Below, piece after piece: positions 48,909 through 58,084 of a stretch of DNA of 64,000 nucleotides. Every line of letters starts with the position of its first letter. The first letter of the stretch is position 1. The DNA is from Promethearchaeota archaeon (GTDB lineage Archaea; Asgardarchaeota; Lokiarchaeia; Sigyniarchaeales; SOKP01), in assembly GCA_048937405.1 (NCBI GenBank), contig JBHLNF010000011.1, forward strand, positions 32,001-96,000. Reading direction: 5' to 3'. Both the position numbers and the translations under genes were made by a program. The notes below the pieces were generated by a model. That model was not told where the DNA came from. It did no database searches and saw only the letters and a list, made by a program, of their open reading frames with translations.

Positions 48909-49445
48909 CTAATACCAATCAATAAAATCATCTAAAGGACGTCGTTTTCTTTCTATTGCTCGTGTTTTTTCTCGAGCTTCATCAATGTGTCCAATAGCAA
49001 TAATTCCCATTAATTCAAATTTATTTACTGGAAATTTAAATATCCCATTAACTTCTTCTTTTCGTTTCAAAATTTCTCCAATCCAGACCCCCCCTAGATC
49101 TTCTTGAGCATGAACACCTAAAAGAATATTTTGCATAAATGCTCCGATTGCTTGTATGTCCTTAACTCTGTCATATCCCCTCTCAAGATCCAAGAATATA
49201 ACAAAATTAACATAGGCATCTTCCATAGTACCACCGTACTTAGAGAGTTCTGAAAGCATTCTCTTAACTGTAGGATGAATCACAACACAAACTTTCCAAG
49301 GTTGGGTATTATTCCCAGATGGCGCCCATTGAGCCCCTTCCAAAATGTTCATGATTATTTGCTTATCAATTTTTTGATAAATAAAACTCCTGATACTTTT
49401 TCTCTTTTTTATGAACTCTATAAAATCATTTTTAGTTAGTTCCAT
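48909..49445 (-). CDS. Nitroreductase family protein
   Basis: KRKSIRSF, APSGNNTQPW, QNILL, IAIGH. Confidence 0.9.
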   Translation of the reverse strand: MELTKNDFIEFIKKRKSIRSFIYQKIDKQIIMNILEGAQWAPSGNNTQPWKVCVVIHPTVKRMLSELSKYGGTMEDAYVNFVIFLDLERGYDRVKDIQAIGAFMQNILLGVHAQEDLGGVWIGEILKRKEEVNGIFKFPVNKFELMGIIAIGHIDEAREKTRAIERKRRPLDDFIDWY

Positions 49446-49619
49446 ATTTAAAACATGGGTAAAGATAATAATAAAAACTTTTCCTATAATTCAGTGCTTT
49501 CTGGGTATTATTTAGAGATCCATCCAGATATTTCTTTTATTTATCTTTTTTAGAAATTAATTATACACTGAATATATGAAATTTAGTCTATTATCAGAAA
49601 AAATTACAAGGTAATAAAT

Positions 49620-49964
49620 ATGGGCAAACTTTGGGGAAAAAAGGAAGATCATGAATTATTAGGTTCACCGCAAGAAACAATGGGATTTTCTAAAGAATAT
49701 TCTTCATTACTCCAAAATTTTATAATAAGAAAATATGATTTTACAAATCTACACCAAATAGAAGATATAAAAAATCAATTATTAAAGAGAAAAATATTAA
49801 TTATAAATGCAAAAGAAATCCTTGAAAATATTGATGTTTCAGAGCTTAAAAAAGGAATAGAAGAAATTAAAACATTTTTAAGAGAAAATGGAGGGAGTAT
49901 GGGAAGACTTGGAGATAATTATTTAATAGTTACCCCAAATGCTCACGTAAAAATAGCTAATTGA
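49620..49964 (+). CDS. sepF: Archaeal SepF (DUF552)
   Basis: IEDIKNQL..KILIIN...GGSMGRLGDNYLIVTPN. Confidence 0.8.
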   Translation: MGKLWGKKEDHELLGSPQETMGFSKEYSSLLQNFIIRKYDFTNLHQIEDIKNQLLKRKILIINAKEILENIDVSELKKGIEEIKTFLRENGGSMGRLGDNYLIVTPNAHVKIAN

Positions 49965-49968
49965 TTTA

Positions 49969-51228
49969 TCATCTCTTTTTTCTTTTCTGGAGAATTTCTA
50001 TAAAACTTTCAATTTGATTGAGTACTTGAGTCTCATTCATTTTACGTGGATCGTTCATATCGCTTGTGATAACAAGTGAAGGAATATCTGATTCTTCCAT
50101 TAATTTTCTTTTTAAATCATACATTCCACAGGCATTAGGGCGACAGGAAAGATTATCATGCATTATAATACCATCAATTTTCCAATTTTTGATGATTTCC
50201 TTGAGCTTTTCAAATCTAGTCTTAAGATCATAAATGTACCAAAAACTTAAAGCTAATTCAGCCATTGTTTCTATGGGATTATTAATTGCCATTTCTTTTG
50301 TTATATTAGGATCAGCAAATTTACTAAATGAATAGACATAGGTTTCAAAAACTATAATGGCATTCCATCTTTCTAAATTTGAAAAAAAACGAAGGTTATA
50401 CCAAAAAGGAATTCCCATAAAAGCTAATCTAGAATCTTCTTTTTTTAGTGCTCCTATTCCGTTATCAACCCGTTCTTTCGCTTCTTTGTACATTTTTTTA
50501 TATAATCTAATCGGAGATTTTAAACCAGGCATTGTAAATAATGGAAATAGACCTCCAAATGTATCTCTAGTAGAAACAGGACAAGGGCTACTTTTTCTTA
50601 ACTCATAAATATCTTGCCATACTTTTCCAAGTTCATAAGAATTGAGTGCAATTTCTTTTCCTTTTTCTGGATTGTATTCAGTACCTGCTAGTTCAGTTAT
50701 AAAATCTAACAATTCCCAAAGTTGTTCTCCTATATATTTTTTAAAATATTCTCGTTGCCGATTATTTGTATTACTTACAACATGTGGAACATCAATGGTA
50801 AAATGAGGAACATTTAATCTTTCTGCTTGAACTTGAAACCAATTAACATGGGTATCACAAATTACATCACTAGATAGCATAAAAGTTGGTTTTCTTGTTC
50901 CACCTACATTCATATTTGCATTACTTAAGACTGCTCCAACATTCGTCTTAAAATATGAACATAGGTCATAAGAGAATCCTTCATCCTCAGCTACTTCGAT
51001 AAAATTTTGAGATTTACTCAAAGCAGCTGAAATTGTTGCTGAATTTTCAGGTAACATCGGTTGTACATCCATAGCATATAATAATTCCACAGGTGTACCT
51101 GCTGTAGCCCAGGCAGTAGGTTTACCTTCTCTATAAGCTTGTTCAATAGCTAAATAATGTCTCCCCATTTCATTCTTTAATTTATTTGTAGCATTCAACA
51201 TCTTACCATCAGTTTTAACTTTTGACAT
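49969..51228 (-). CDS. 2-hydroxyacyl-CoA dehydratase/benzoyl-CoA reductase family subunit (alpha-like)
   Basis: PVELL.AMD..PEN, DLCSY, ICD, DGII...SCRP. Confidence 0.88.
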   Translation of the reverse strand: MSKVKTDGKMLNATNKLKNEMGRHYLAIEQAYREGKPTAWATAGTPVELLYAMDVQPMLPENSATISAALSKSQNFIEVAEDEGFSYDLCSYFKTNVGAVLSNANMNVGGTRKPTFMLSSDVICDTHVNWFQVQAERLNVPHFTIDVPHVVSNTNNRQREYFKKYIGEQLWELLDFITELAGTEYNPEKGKEIALNSYELGKVWQDIYELRKSSPCPVSTRDTFGGLFPLFTMPGLKSPIRLYKKMYKEAKERVDNGIGALKKEDSRLAFMGIPFWYNLRFFSNLERWNAIIVFETYVYSFSKFADPNITKEMAINNPIETMAELALSFWYIYDLKTRFEKLKEIIKNWKIDGIIMHDNLSCRPNACGMYDLKRKLMEESDIPSLVITSDMNDPRKMNETQVLNQIESFIEILQKRKKR

Positions 51229-51243
51229 TTTTCTCTTCCTCCT

Positions 51244-52281
51244 TTAAATCATTTCTGCAAATGCTTCAAACCTAGTTGTTAATTGTTTGTAAGATTCACG
51301 ATTATATTCCATCTCAACGAATAAATAGGGAATTCCTAATTCCTTAAACTTTTTACTAATATAAGGATGTGAATATAAGACTGGTTCACAAAATTTTTGA
51401 GCAATATTTAGTATTCCATCAACATTATATTTTTTTGCCAACCTCTTGAGGGTTTTGAATCGTTCATAAGATGGAAATTTGGTTGAATATATAGGCTTAT
51501 TTAAATAATATTTCGCAAGAGCTTCGATAGGATCTTCAGATTCATCAACATTATTCCAAAAATATTTTGTTCCGATACATAGATCATCGGTAATTATATG
51601 AAACTTGAGAGCTTCAAGAAATTTAATGAACTCTGAATCATCTATTACAGAACCCGTCAATAGAATCTTTTTTATCTTATTATCTAAATATGGCTTCTTA
51701 GTTTTTAACTCATTAAGTTCTGATTGTAACATCTCTATAACTTTATTTTTTTCCATTTGTTGTGCTCTTTTAACTAAAGAGTGAAAGTCTGAACCATGTA
51801 AAATCATCTTTTCCCTATAGATAGAAATCTCTCTTAATAAATCTCTAATATGGTTCATTTTTTTTATTGCTTCTTTAATTTTTTCGGATGTTATCTTTAC
51901 ATTGAATTTATACTCTAGCTGAGCCATTAATTCTCTAATATCATTAATAAAGAATCTTAAAGCTGTATCATTACGTTTCAATGGAGAGTTAAGAAAATAG
52001 AAGAAGTCCAAATTTACAGATTCTAACCAAATATCAAATTCACGATTAGTACAATCACATCCATGAGTAGTAATAATACCTTTAATATCTTGGTTAAGAC
52101 CTTCTATTGCTTGCTGAAGAATGTTTCTTGCCCATACACAATGATTTGGAGGAACATGTTCATTTGCTTTATCAATACTTATTAAAGGGTTTCCAAAGAG
52201 TCTAATTGGAGTGATATCGGCAGCAACCAAGATTTCTTCTGGAGTTTCTGTCGAAGCATCAAAATAAGCAATCTTTACCAT
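51244..52281 (-). CDS. 2-hydroxyacyl-CoA dehydratase family subunit (beta-like)
   Basis: TPEEILVAA, HCVW, CDC, DDLCIG, KFCEP, QLTTRFEAFAEMI. Confidence 0.88.
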   Translation of the reverse strand: MVKIAYFDASTETPEEILVAADITPIRLFGNPLISIDKANEHVPPNHCVWARNILQQAIEGLNQDIKGIITTHGCDCTNREFDIWLESVNLDFFYFLNSPLKRNDTALRFFINDIRELMAQLEYKFNVKITSEKIKEAIKKMNHIRDLLREISIYREKMILHGSDFHSLVKRAQQMEKNKVIEMLQSELNELKTKKPYLDNKIKKILLTGSVIDDSEFIKFLEALKFHIITDDLCIGTKYFWNNVDESEDPIEALAKYYLNKPIYSTKFPSYERFKTLKRLAKKYNVDGILNIAQKFCEPVLYSHPYISKKFKELGIPYLFVEMEYNRESYKQLTTRFEAFAEMI

Positions 52282-52414
52282 TATTTTGCCACATTAGTAA
52301 AATTATTATTTAAAACTCTAAATTTTCTAAATTCTTAAATATTTAAAAAAATATTTATTTAATCCTTCTATTTAATCCTTATATTTAGAATAAATTTAAG
52401 TTGTTTTCAATTTA

Positions 52415-52723
52415 ATGTCACAAGCTACCATTTCCCGAACTTTAAGTAAAGCTATTTTAAAAGATAAAGTCCGTATCAAATTAAAAATTTGGAATACATA
52501 TTTAACTGGCAAGTTAGTTAAATTTGATAATTATATGAATTTAATTGTTGAAGAAGCAAAAGAGATTTATTTTGGTCGAGGTGGAAAACGAAGTAAGGAC
52601 TTGGGAACTGTAATGATTCGAGGTGCTTCGATTATATTCATAGGGCAAGATCGGGAAAAGCTAATATTCGGAGAAAATGATGAAGAAAAACTTATGTATC
52701 GAGAAGAATTTGATGATATATAG
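52415..52723 (+). CDS. Sm/LSm family protein (SmAP)
   Basis: GKLVKFDNYMNLIVEEA (Sm1), VMIRGASI (Sm2); conserved linkage to L37e. Confidence 0.9.
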   Translation: MSQATISRTLSKAILKDKVRIKLKIWNTYLTGKLVKFDNYMNLIVEEAKEIYFGRGGKRSKDLGTVMIRGASIIFIGQDREKLIFGENDEEKLMYREEFDDI

Positions 52724-52743
52724 TTAATAGGAGCTGATTAAAA

Positions 52744-52944
52744 ATGGGAAAAGGTACACCGAGTAAGGGAAAAAAGAATAAAGCTTCATCTCATAAGACT
52801 TGTAGAAGATGTGGAAAGCATTCATATCATAGACGTAAAAAATTTTGTGCTAGTTGTGGTTTTGGACATACTGCGAAGTTACGACAACCGAGTTGGCGTA
52901 ATAGATACCGTGCCTTTAATGGAAAGAAATCTTTTTATAGATAA
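52744..52944 (+). CDS. rpl37e: 50S ribosomal protein L37e
   Basis: MGKGTPS.GK...HKTCRRCG..SYH..K..CASCGFG. Confidence 0.97.
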   Translation: MGKGTPSKGKKNKASSHKTCRRCGKHSYHRRKKFCASCGFGHTAKLRQPSWRNRYRAFNGKKSFYR

Positions 52945-53060
52945 TAACTTTAATTTAAAAGTTTTACTTTACATGACCAAATTAACTAGTTTTAACTTTT
53001 TATATTTGCTTGCATTTCTATCATATTGATAATAAAATTATGATCTAATTTTGAATTCAA

Positions 53061-53435
53061 ATGAATAACTTAGTAGTCAAAAATCTTACTAAAGAATTAG
53101 AGAGGATAAAAAATTTTAATGAAATCATTGGAAATGCGATAGTAAATCGAAATGGCTTATTAATTTCGTCAAGTCTCCCTAGAGATATCGATGAAAGACG
53201 ATTTGGAGCATTAGCTGCAACTATGTTTGAAGCAGTTGAAACAGCCACTTCAAGTTTTGATCAGAATCAAATCAAGAATTTGACTGTAGATTATCAGGAT
53301 TGCCATTTAATAATCTTAGGAATTGATGATAAAATGATTAATGTTTCATTAATAGAGAAGGACACAAATTTAGGTTTAATTTTTATCGAAATTGAAGAGA
53401 GTATAAAAGAATTCAGAAAAATCATAGAAATGTGA
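53061..53435 (+). CDS. Roadblock/LC7 domain protein
   Basis: IIGNAIVNRNGLLISSSLP, FGALAATM, NLGLIFIEI. Confidence 0.88.
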   Translation: MNNLVVKNLTKELERIKNFNEIIGNAIVNRNGLLISSSLPRDIDERRFGALAATMFEAVETATSSFDQNQIKNLTVDYQDCHLIILGIDDKMINVSLIEKDTNLGLIFIEIEESIKEFRKIIEM

Positions 53436-53441
53436 TGATAT

Positions 53442-54179
53442 ATTTTAACTGAAGAACAAAAAGAAAGATATTCTAGGCAAATAATTTCTCCCTTTATTGG
53501 AGAGGAGGGACAAGAAAAGATTTCTAAGTTAAAAGTCCTTCAAATTGGCTGTGGAGGTTTGGGCAGTCCATTCGCATTATATTTAACAGCTGCTGGAATA
53601 AATCAACTAACTATTATAGATAATGATATTTTAGATATTTCTAATCTACAACGACAGATACTCTATAATGAAACCCAAATCGGTAAAGAGAAAATTAAAT
53701 CTGCAAAAAATGTATTGATTAAACTTAATTCTGGAGTCAATATAAATACTTATAAAGATTATATTGATGAGAATTCCATCAAGAAGTATCTAAAAGAAGA
53801 AAACTATGATTTTATTGTTGATTGTAGTGATAATTTTAAAACAAAATTTTTAGTCAATAAAATCGCTGTAGAAAATAACTTAAAAAGTGTGATCGCTGGA
53901 ATAAAAGATTTCTATGGTCAAATAATGACTATCAATCCAAAAGTTTCCGCATGTTATCAATGTGTTTTCTCACCTATAGAAACTCCGTCAAATGAAGGTC
54001 CTTTACCAGTTATTGGGGTTACACCTGGAATTTTAGGAACGTTAGAAGCTTTAGAAGTAATAAAAACAGCTTTAGGGTTACCTAATTTAGAAAATAAAAT
54101 TCTTATGGTTAATCTAATAGATTTAAGGTTTAATATCATAGATATAATAAAGAATGAAAAATGTATTTGTTCATCATAA
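53442..54179 (+). CDS. moeB: ThiF/MoeB/HesA E1-like adenylyltransferase; likely start ATT 53442, upstream of the track's TTG 53559
   Basis: In-frame ILTEEQKERYSRQII..IGEEGQEKI..KVLQIGCGGLGS upstream of the TTG; SNLQRQ, DCSDN, CYQC. Confidence 0.85.
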   Translation: MLTEEQKERYSRQIISPFIGEEGQEKISKLKVLQIGCGGLGSPFALYLTAAGINQLTIIDNDILDISNLQRQILYNETQIGKEKIKSAKNVLIKLNSGVNINTYKDYIDENSIKKYLKEENYDFIVDCSDNFKTKFLVNKIAVENNLKSVIAGIKDFYGQIMTINPKVSACYQCVFSPIETPSNEGPLPVIGVTPGILGTLEALEVIKTALGLPNLENKILMVNLIDLRFNIIDIIKNEKCICSS

Positions 54180-54204
54180 ACATATCATAAAATTAAATAA
54201 GAAT

Positions 54205-54762
54205 TTAGATTTTACTGAACTCTGGATTATTTTCAAAAAAATTTTTGAATTCTTTTCCATTAATTACATAATCTCCTGAACTATTTTCCCCGATAAGATT
54301 TTCATCTTTAGGAAAATCCTTTAGAAATTTGGCTGGAACACCCCCCCATAATTGATTAGCAGGTATTTCTTTATTAGTAATTACCGCTCCAGCTGCGATC
54401 ATAGAACCATCTTTCATTTTAGTATTATGTAATACATTACTACCAATACCAATTAAACACCCATTTCCTATTTCTGTTGGACCATGAATCATCGCATGGT
54501 GCCCAATTATGCAATTCGAGCCAATTTTAACATTAGTTCCAATTTCATTATGAATTGTAACATTTTCTTGGATACTTGTATTTTTTCCAATCTTAATTTT
54601 CCCCCAATCACCTCTTAAAATAGCCCCAAACCATATATTTGAACCTTCACCAATTATTACATCTCCAATAATTACTGCTGTAGGTGCTATATAAACAGAT
54701 GGATGAATTACAGGTTTTCTTCCTGTCTTCGGACTTGGCATTATTATTGGTATAATTTTCAC
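54205..54762 (-). CDS. Gamma-class carbonic anhydrase / hexapeptide-repeat protein
   Basis: IAPTAVIIGDVIIG, ILRGD, QENVTIH, IGHHAMIHG, WGGVPAK. Confidence 0.88.
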   Translation of the reverse strand: MKIIPIIMPSPKTGRKPVIHPSVYIAPTAVIIGDVIIGEGSNIWFGAILRGDWGKIKIGKNTSIQENVTIHNEIGTNVKIGSNCIIGHHAMIHGPTEIGNGCLIGIGSNVLHNTKMKDGSMIAAGAVITNKEIPANQLWGGVPAKFLKDFPKDENLIGENSSGDYVINGKEFKNFFENNPEFSKI

Positions 54763-54846
54763 CTAATACTTTGATTATCTCAAGATGAAAAATCAAGTCA
54801 GAAATAAGAAAGTTATGATGATAATTTATAAAAAGAAATTTCAAAT

Positions 54847-55548
54847 TTACCAGAAATTCAAACTATTTTTAGTCGCGAACTTTATTCCCTTTTTAATCAT
54901 TTTTTTTAGTGAATCGGTAATATTTCCAGGTGGAACATCAATACCTTTAGTTAGATCTATCAGAAAGTATGTTTCAAAATTAAAGTCAACACCATCTACA
55001 GCAGTATTATAACAACAGTAATCTAGTGCTAAACCACATATGAAAATTCTCTTAATATTAAAAGAATTCAAATATTCTTTCAATCCAGTTTCAGTTTTTT
55101 TATCATTTTCAAGAAAAGCTGAATAGCTATCGATTTCTGGGTTCATACCTTTTTGAATTATCTTATTAATCATTTTTGTATTGATTTCTTTGTGAAATCG
55201 CGCACCATAAGTATTTTGAACACAATGATCAGGCCATAAAATTGGTCCAATTGCCCCATCTTCAGAACTGAATTCATCTCCAGGATCTTTATTTGGATGA
55301 TTGCTTGCGAAGGATAAATGATTTGAAGGGTGCCAATCTTGAGAGTGCACAACGGTGCTATCAACAAAAAATTCAATTACATCATTAATACCATTTATTA
55401 TTGAATCACCTTCTTCTACAGGTAAAGCTCCCCCCGGGAGAAAATCATTCTGCATATCAATAATTAATAGAGCATCATATTTATTAGGGATAATTTTCTT
55501 TTCAATTTTTAAATCAACACCATAAAATTTTACCATACTTATCTCCAC
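54847..55548 (-). CDS. pncA: Nicotinamidase, second copy
   Basis: IDMQNDFLPGGAL, QDWHP, WPDHC, KG..DSYSAF, GLALDYC. Confidence 0.93.
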   Translation of the reverse strand: MEISMVKFYGVDLKIEKKIIPNKYDALLIIDMQNDFLPGGALPVEEGDSIINGINDVIEFFVDSTVVHSQDWHPSNHLSFASNHPNKDPGDEFSSEDGAIGPILWPDHCVQNTYGARFHKEINTKMINKIIQKGMNPEIDSYSAFLENDKKTETGLKEYLNSFNIKRIFICGLALDYCCYNTAVDGVDFNFETYFLIDLTKGIDVPPGNITDSLKKMIKKGIKFATKNSLNFW

Positions 55549-55681
55549 TTCCTTTAATTATTAAGTATATTTTAAAAAGTCTTTAAATCTAAATGAAAAG
55601 TAATAATGTCTGTAATTTATGGTAATATTTAATTTCATATCTTAAAAAAAAGATAAATAAATAAAATTAAAAAAAAGAGGA

Positions 55682-58084
55682 TTAAAAATTCTGCATCATT
55701 AACCATTGAGTATATAGCTGAGAAAATTGCATCATAAAATTTGCATCATCTAATGTGCCACTTTTTAAATTATTTATAAGATTTACAATTTCGTTCTTTT
55801 TGCTTGTATGAAATTGTCTTATTCTATCAGAATCTACAACTTCTTCTAGCATATTCATAAATGTGTCCCAATCTATTTCTGTTGGAATTGCAATAGTAGT
55901 TTCTTTTTCCTCTACATTTTTAATCTTAAATATCCGTTGCTGTGCATAGAATTTCTTAACATATTCATATATCTGCTCACATACTCTTTCAAAATCTTGT
56001 GGATTATATTCAATGCCGGGAGGTTGTGAGAGTCCTGTAGTTATTATATCTTGCCATGAAACATCTGTTCCTTTCATGGGTAAGACAGGAACACTATATT
56101 TTCTAGAAAGTTCTAATTCATGAGCACAATCTACTGAATTGAATACGGATTTATTTGTACCTAAAAAGAATATAACATCACTAATAGGGACATTCTGATC
56201 CATAAAATCATCTATATTTCCAGATAAATCTTGCTCACAGAGAAGTACATCATATACTTCGGGTTTTTTCTCTAAATATTCACCTAATGCTGCCAATTTA
56301 TAAGGTTCATAATCAACAACTGCGTGGGATATAAAAATTGCCATACTAGCCCTCTGTTTGAGATAATCTCGTAGGGTATCCATATCACGTTTGATTAATT
56401 GTTTTTCTTCTTCTGATAATGGATTTTCTTCAATATCAAAATTCTCTAAAGTTTCGAGTGACCATAACAAATATGGTAATGTTTTAAATTTATTACTTTT
56501 TAAAGAGATAGTACGAATATTTGAAGTGCCTATACTCTCTGGCAAGGTCTCCATTTGATTTTCAGCAAAGCTGATACTTCTTAAACTTTTACATTGTCCT
56601 ATTGAGGAAGGGATGGAAGATAAATTATTCTTGTTAGCAATTAATCCACTGAGGGAAGTCATTCTATCAAAACAATTAGGTAATGAGACCAATACATTGT
56701 CGCTAACATCTAAAGTTGTCAATGATGATAAATTACATAGTTCAGAGGGTAGACTAGTTAATTGGTTTTTGTTTAACGTCAATTTCCCAAGGTTTTTTAA
56801 ATTTCCTATCTCAATAGGTAAACTTTCGATTTCATTTCCTTCTAAATTAAGTTCTTTCAATTTCTCTAACTTTCCAATACTTGCAGGTAATTTTTTCAGT
56901 TTTCCATTTGTAACTCTCATGTGCCATATATTAATTAATTCCCCTATTGAGCCTGGAAGCGATTCTAAAGGAGTTCCTCTTATATCAAGATAACTTAATT
57001 TGTTAAGTTCTCCGAAATTTTCTGGCAAATTAATTATTTTACAATCTTGAATATTAAGACGTTCTAATCCTTTCATAAGTGCAAAGGATTGGGGTAAAGA
57101 AGTTATATTATTTTTACTTAAATCTAATCCAAATACTTTATCTAAATTACATATTGAATTTGGTAAGCTTTCAAGTGGATTTCCAGTAAAATTAATAGCA
57201 TTCAAATTTTTCAAATTTCCAATTGATTCTGGAATTTTTTTGACTTGATTATTATCCAAACGAAATACTTTCAATGAGAGTAAATTTCCTATACTTTCAG
57301 GTAATTCATCAAGTTTATTATCTTTTACAAGAAGAGTTTGGAGGTTTGATAAATTACCTATTGTATTGGGTAATTTATGCAAATCTAAAGAACTGATCTC
57401 CAAGCTTTCAAGTGAAGTAAGTTCTCCTATTGAGTCTGGTAATTGAGAAATTCGAGTTACTCCTAAGTCAAGAGAAATAAGTGACCTTAGTTGTCCTATA
57501 TTAGATGGTAAATCTTCTATATTGTTATGTCTAAGTGATAATTTTTTAAGAGCAAGTAGATTATATATACTTTCTGGAACACGGGTTAGTCTATTGTCAC
57601 TTAAATCAAGTTCAGTTAAAGCTGTACAAGCCTCAATTTCCACGGGGATATCCCTTATTTTATTAGTGCGAAGATCCAATTTCTCAAGATTTTTTAAATT
57701 TGAAATCCAGCTTGGTAGTACTTTCAATTCATTTACTCCCAAATCAAGCTGTTTAAGAGCAGTACAGTTAACTAAGCTAGATGGAAGCTCATAAAGGTTA
57801 TTTTGTTGGGCAGCAAGCCATTCTAAATTTGTTAATTCTCCAATAGATTCTGGGATAGTTTCAATTTTATTACCATAAAAAAGTAATGATTGAAGTTTTT
57901 TACAATTCCCGATATTTTCAGGTAAACCTGTAAGAGTTCCTCGAGTAACCTCAATTCGAATAACACGGTTATCTTCAACCCTAAAATTATTTGAACTCCA
58001 ATCTGATCCCATCTTTTGTTCTAAATCCTTAAGAACTTCTATCTCTTCTATGGGAAGCGTATAGTTCATGTATTGATCGCTCAT
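55682..58084 (-). CDS. LRR-TIR protein with predicted catalytic TIR Glu
   Basis: About 22 LxxLPxxIGxLxxLxxLxLxxN repeats, then IFISHA...SDVIFFL..NKSVFNSVDCAHELELS..VPVLP (E656, nt 56117-56119); no TM segment. Confidence 0.88.
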   Translation of the reverse strand: MSDQYMNYTLPIEEIEVLKDLEQKMGSDWSSNNFRVEDNRVIRIEVTRGTLTGLPENIGNCKKLQSLLFYGNKIETIPESIGELTNLEWLAAQQNNLYELPSSLVNCTALKQLDLGVNELKVLPSWISNLKNLEKLDLRTNKIRDIPVEIEACTALTELDLSDNRLTRVPESIYNLLALKKLSLRHNNIEDLPSNIGQLRSLISLDLGVTRISQLPDSIGELTSLESLEISSLDLHKLPNTIGNLSNLQTLLVKDNKLDELPESIGNLLSLKVFRLDNNQVKKIPESIGNLKNLNAINFTGNPLESLPNSICNLDKVFGLDLSKNNITSLPQSFALMKGLERLNIQDCKIINLPENFGELNKLSYLDIRGTPLESLPGSIGELINIWHMRVTNGKLKKLPASIGKLEKLKELNLEGNEIESLPIEIGNLKNLGKLTLNKNQLTSLPSELCNLSSLTTLDVSDNVLVSLPNCFDRMTSLSGLIANKNNLSSIPSSIGQCKSLRSISFAENQMETLPESIGTSNIRTISLKSNKFKTLPYLLWSLETLENFDIEENPLSEEEKQLIKRDMDTLRDYLKQRASMAIFISHAVVDYEPYKLAALGEYLEKKPEVYDVLLCEQDLSGNIDDFMDQNVPISDVIFFLGTNKSVFNSVDCAHELELSRKYSVPVLPMKGTDVSWQDIITTGLSQPPGIEYNPQDFERVCEQIYEYVKKFYAQQRIFKIKNVEEKETTIAIPTEIDWDTFMNMLEEVVDSDRIRQFHTSKKNEIVNLINNLKSGTLDDANFMMQFSQLYTQWLMMQNF

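Noticed and set aside
53433-53438. TGA-TGA as selenocysteine codons fusing roadblock and ThiF
   Set aside because: Linker position with no Cys-equivalent site and no SECIS recognised; non-AUG start or an indel is simpler
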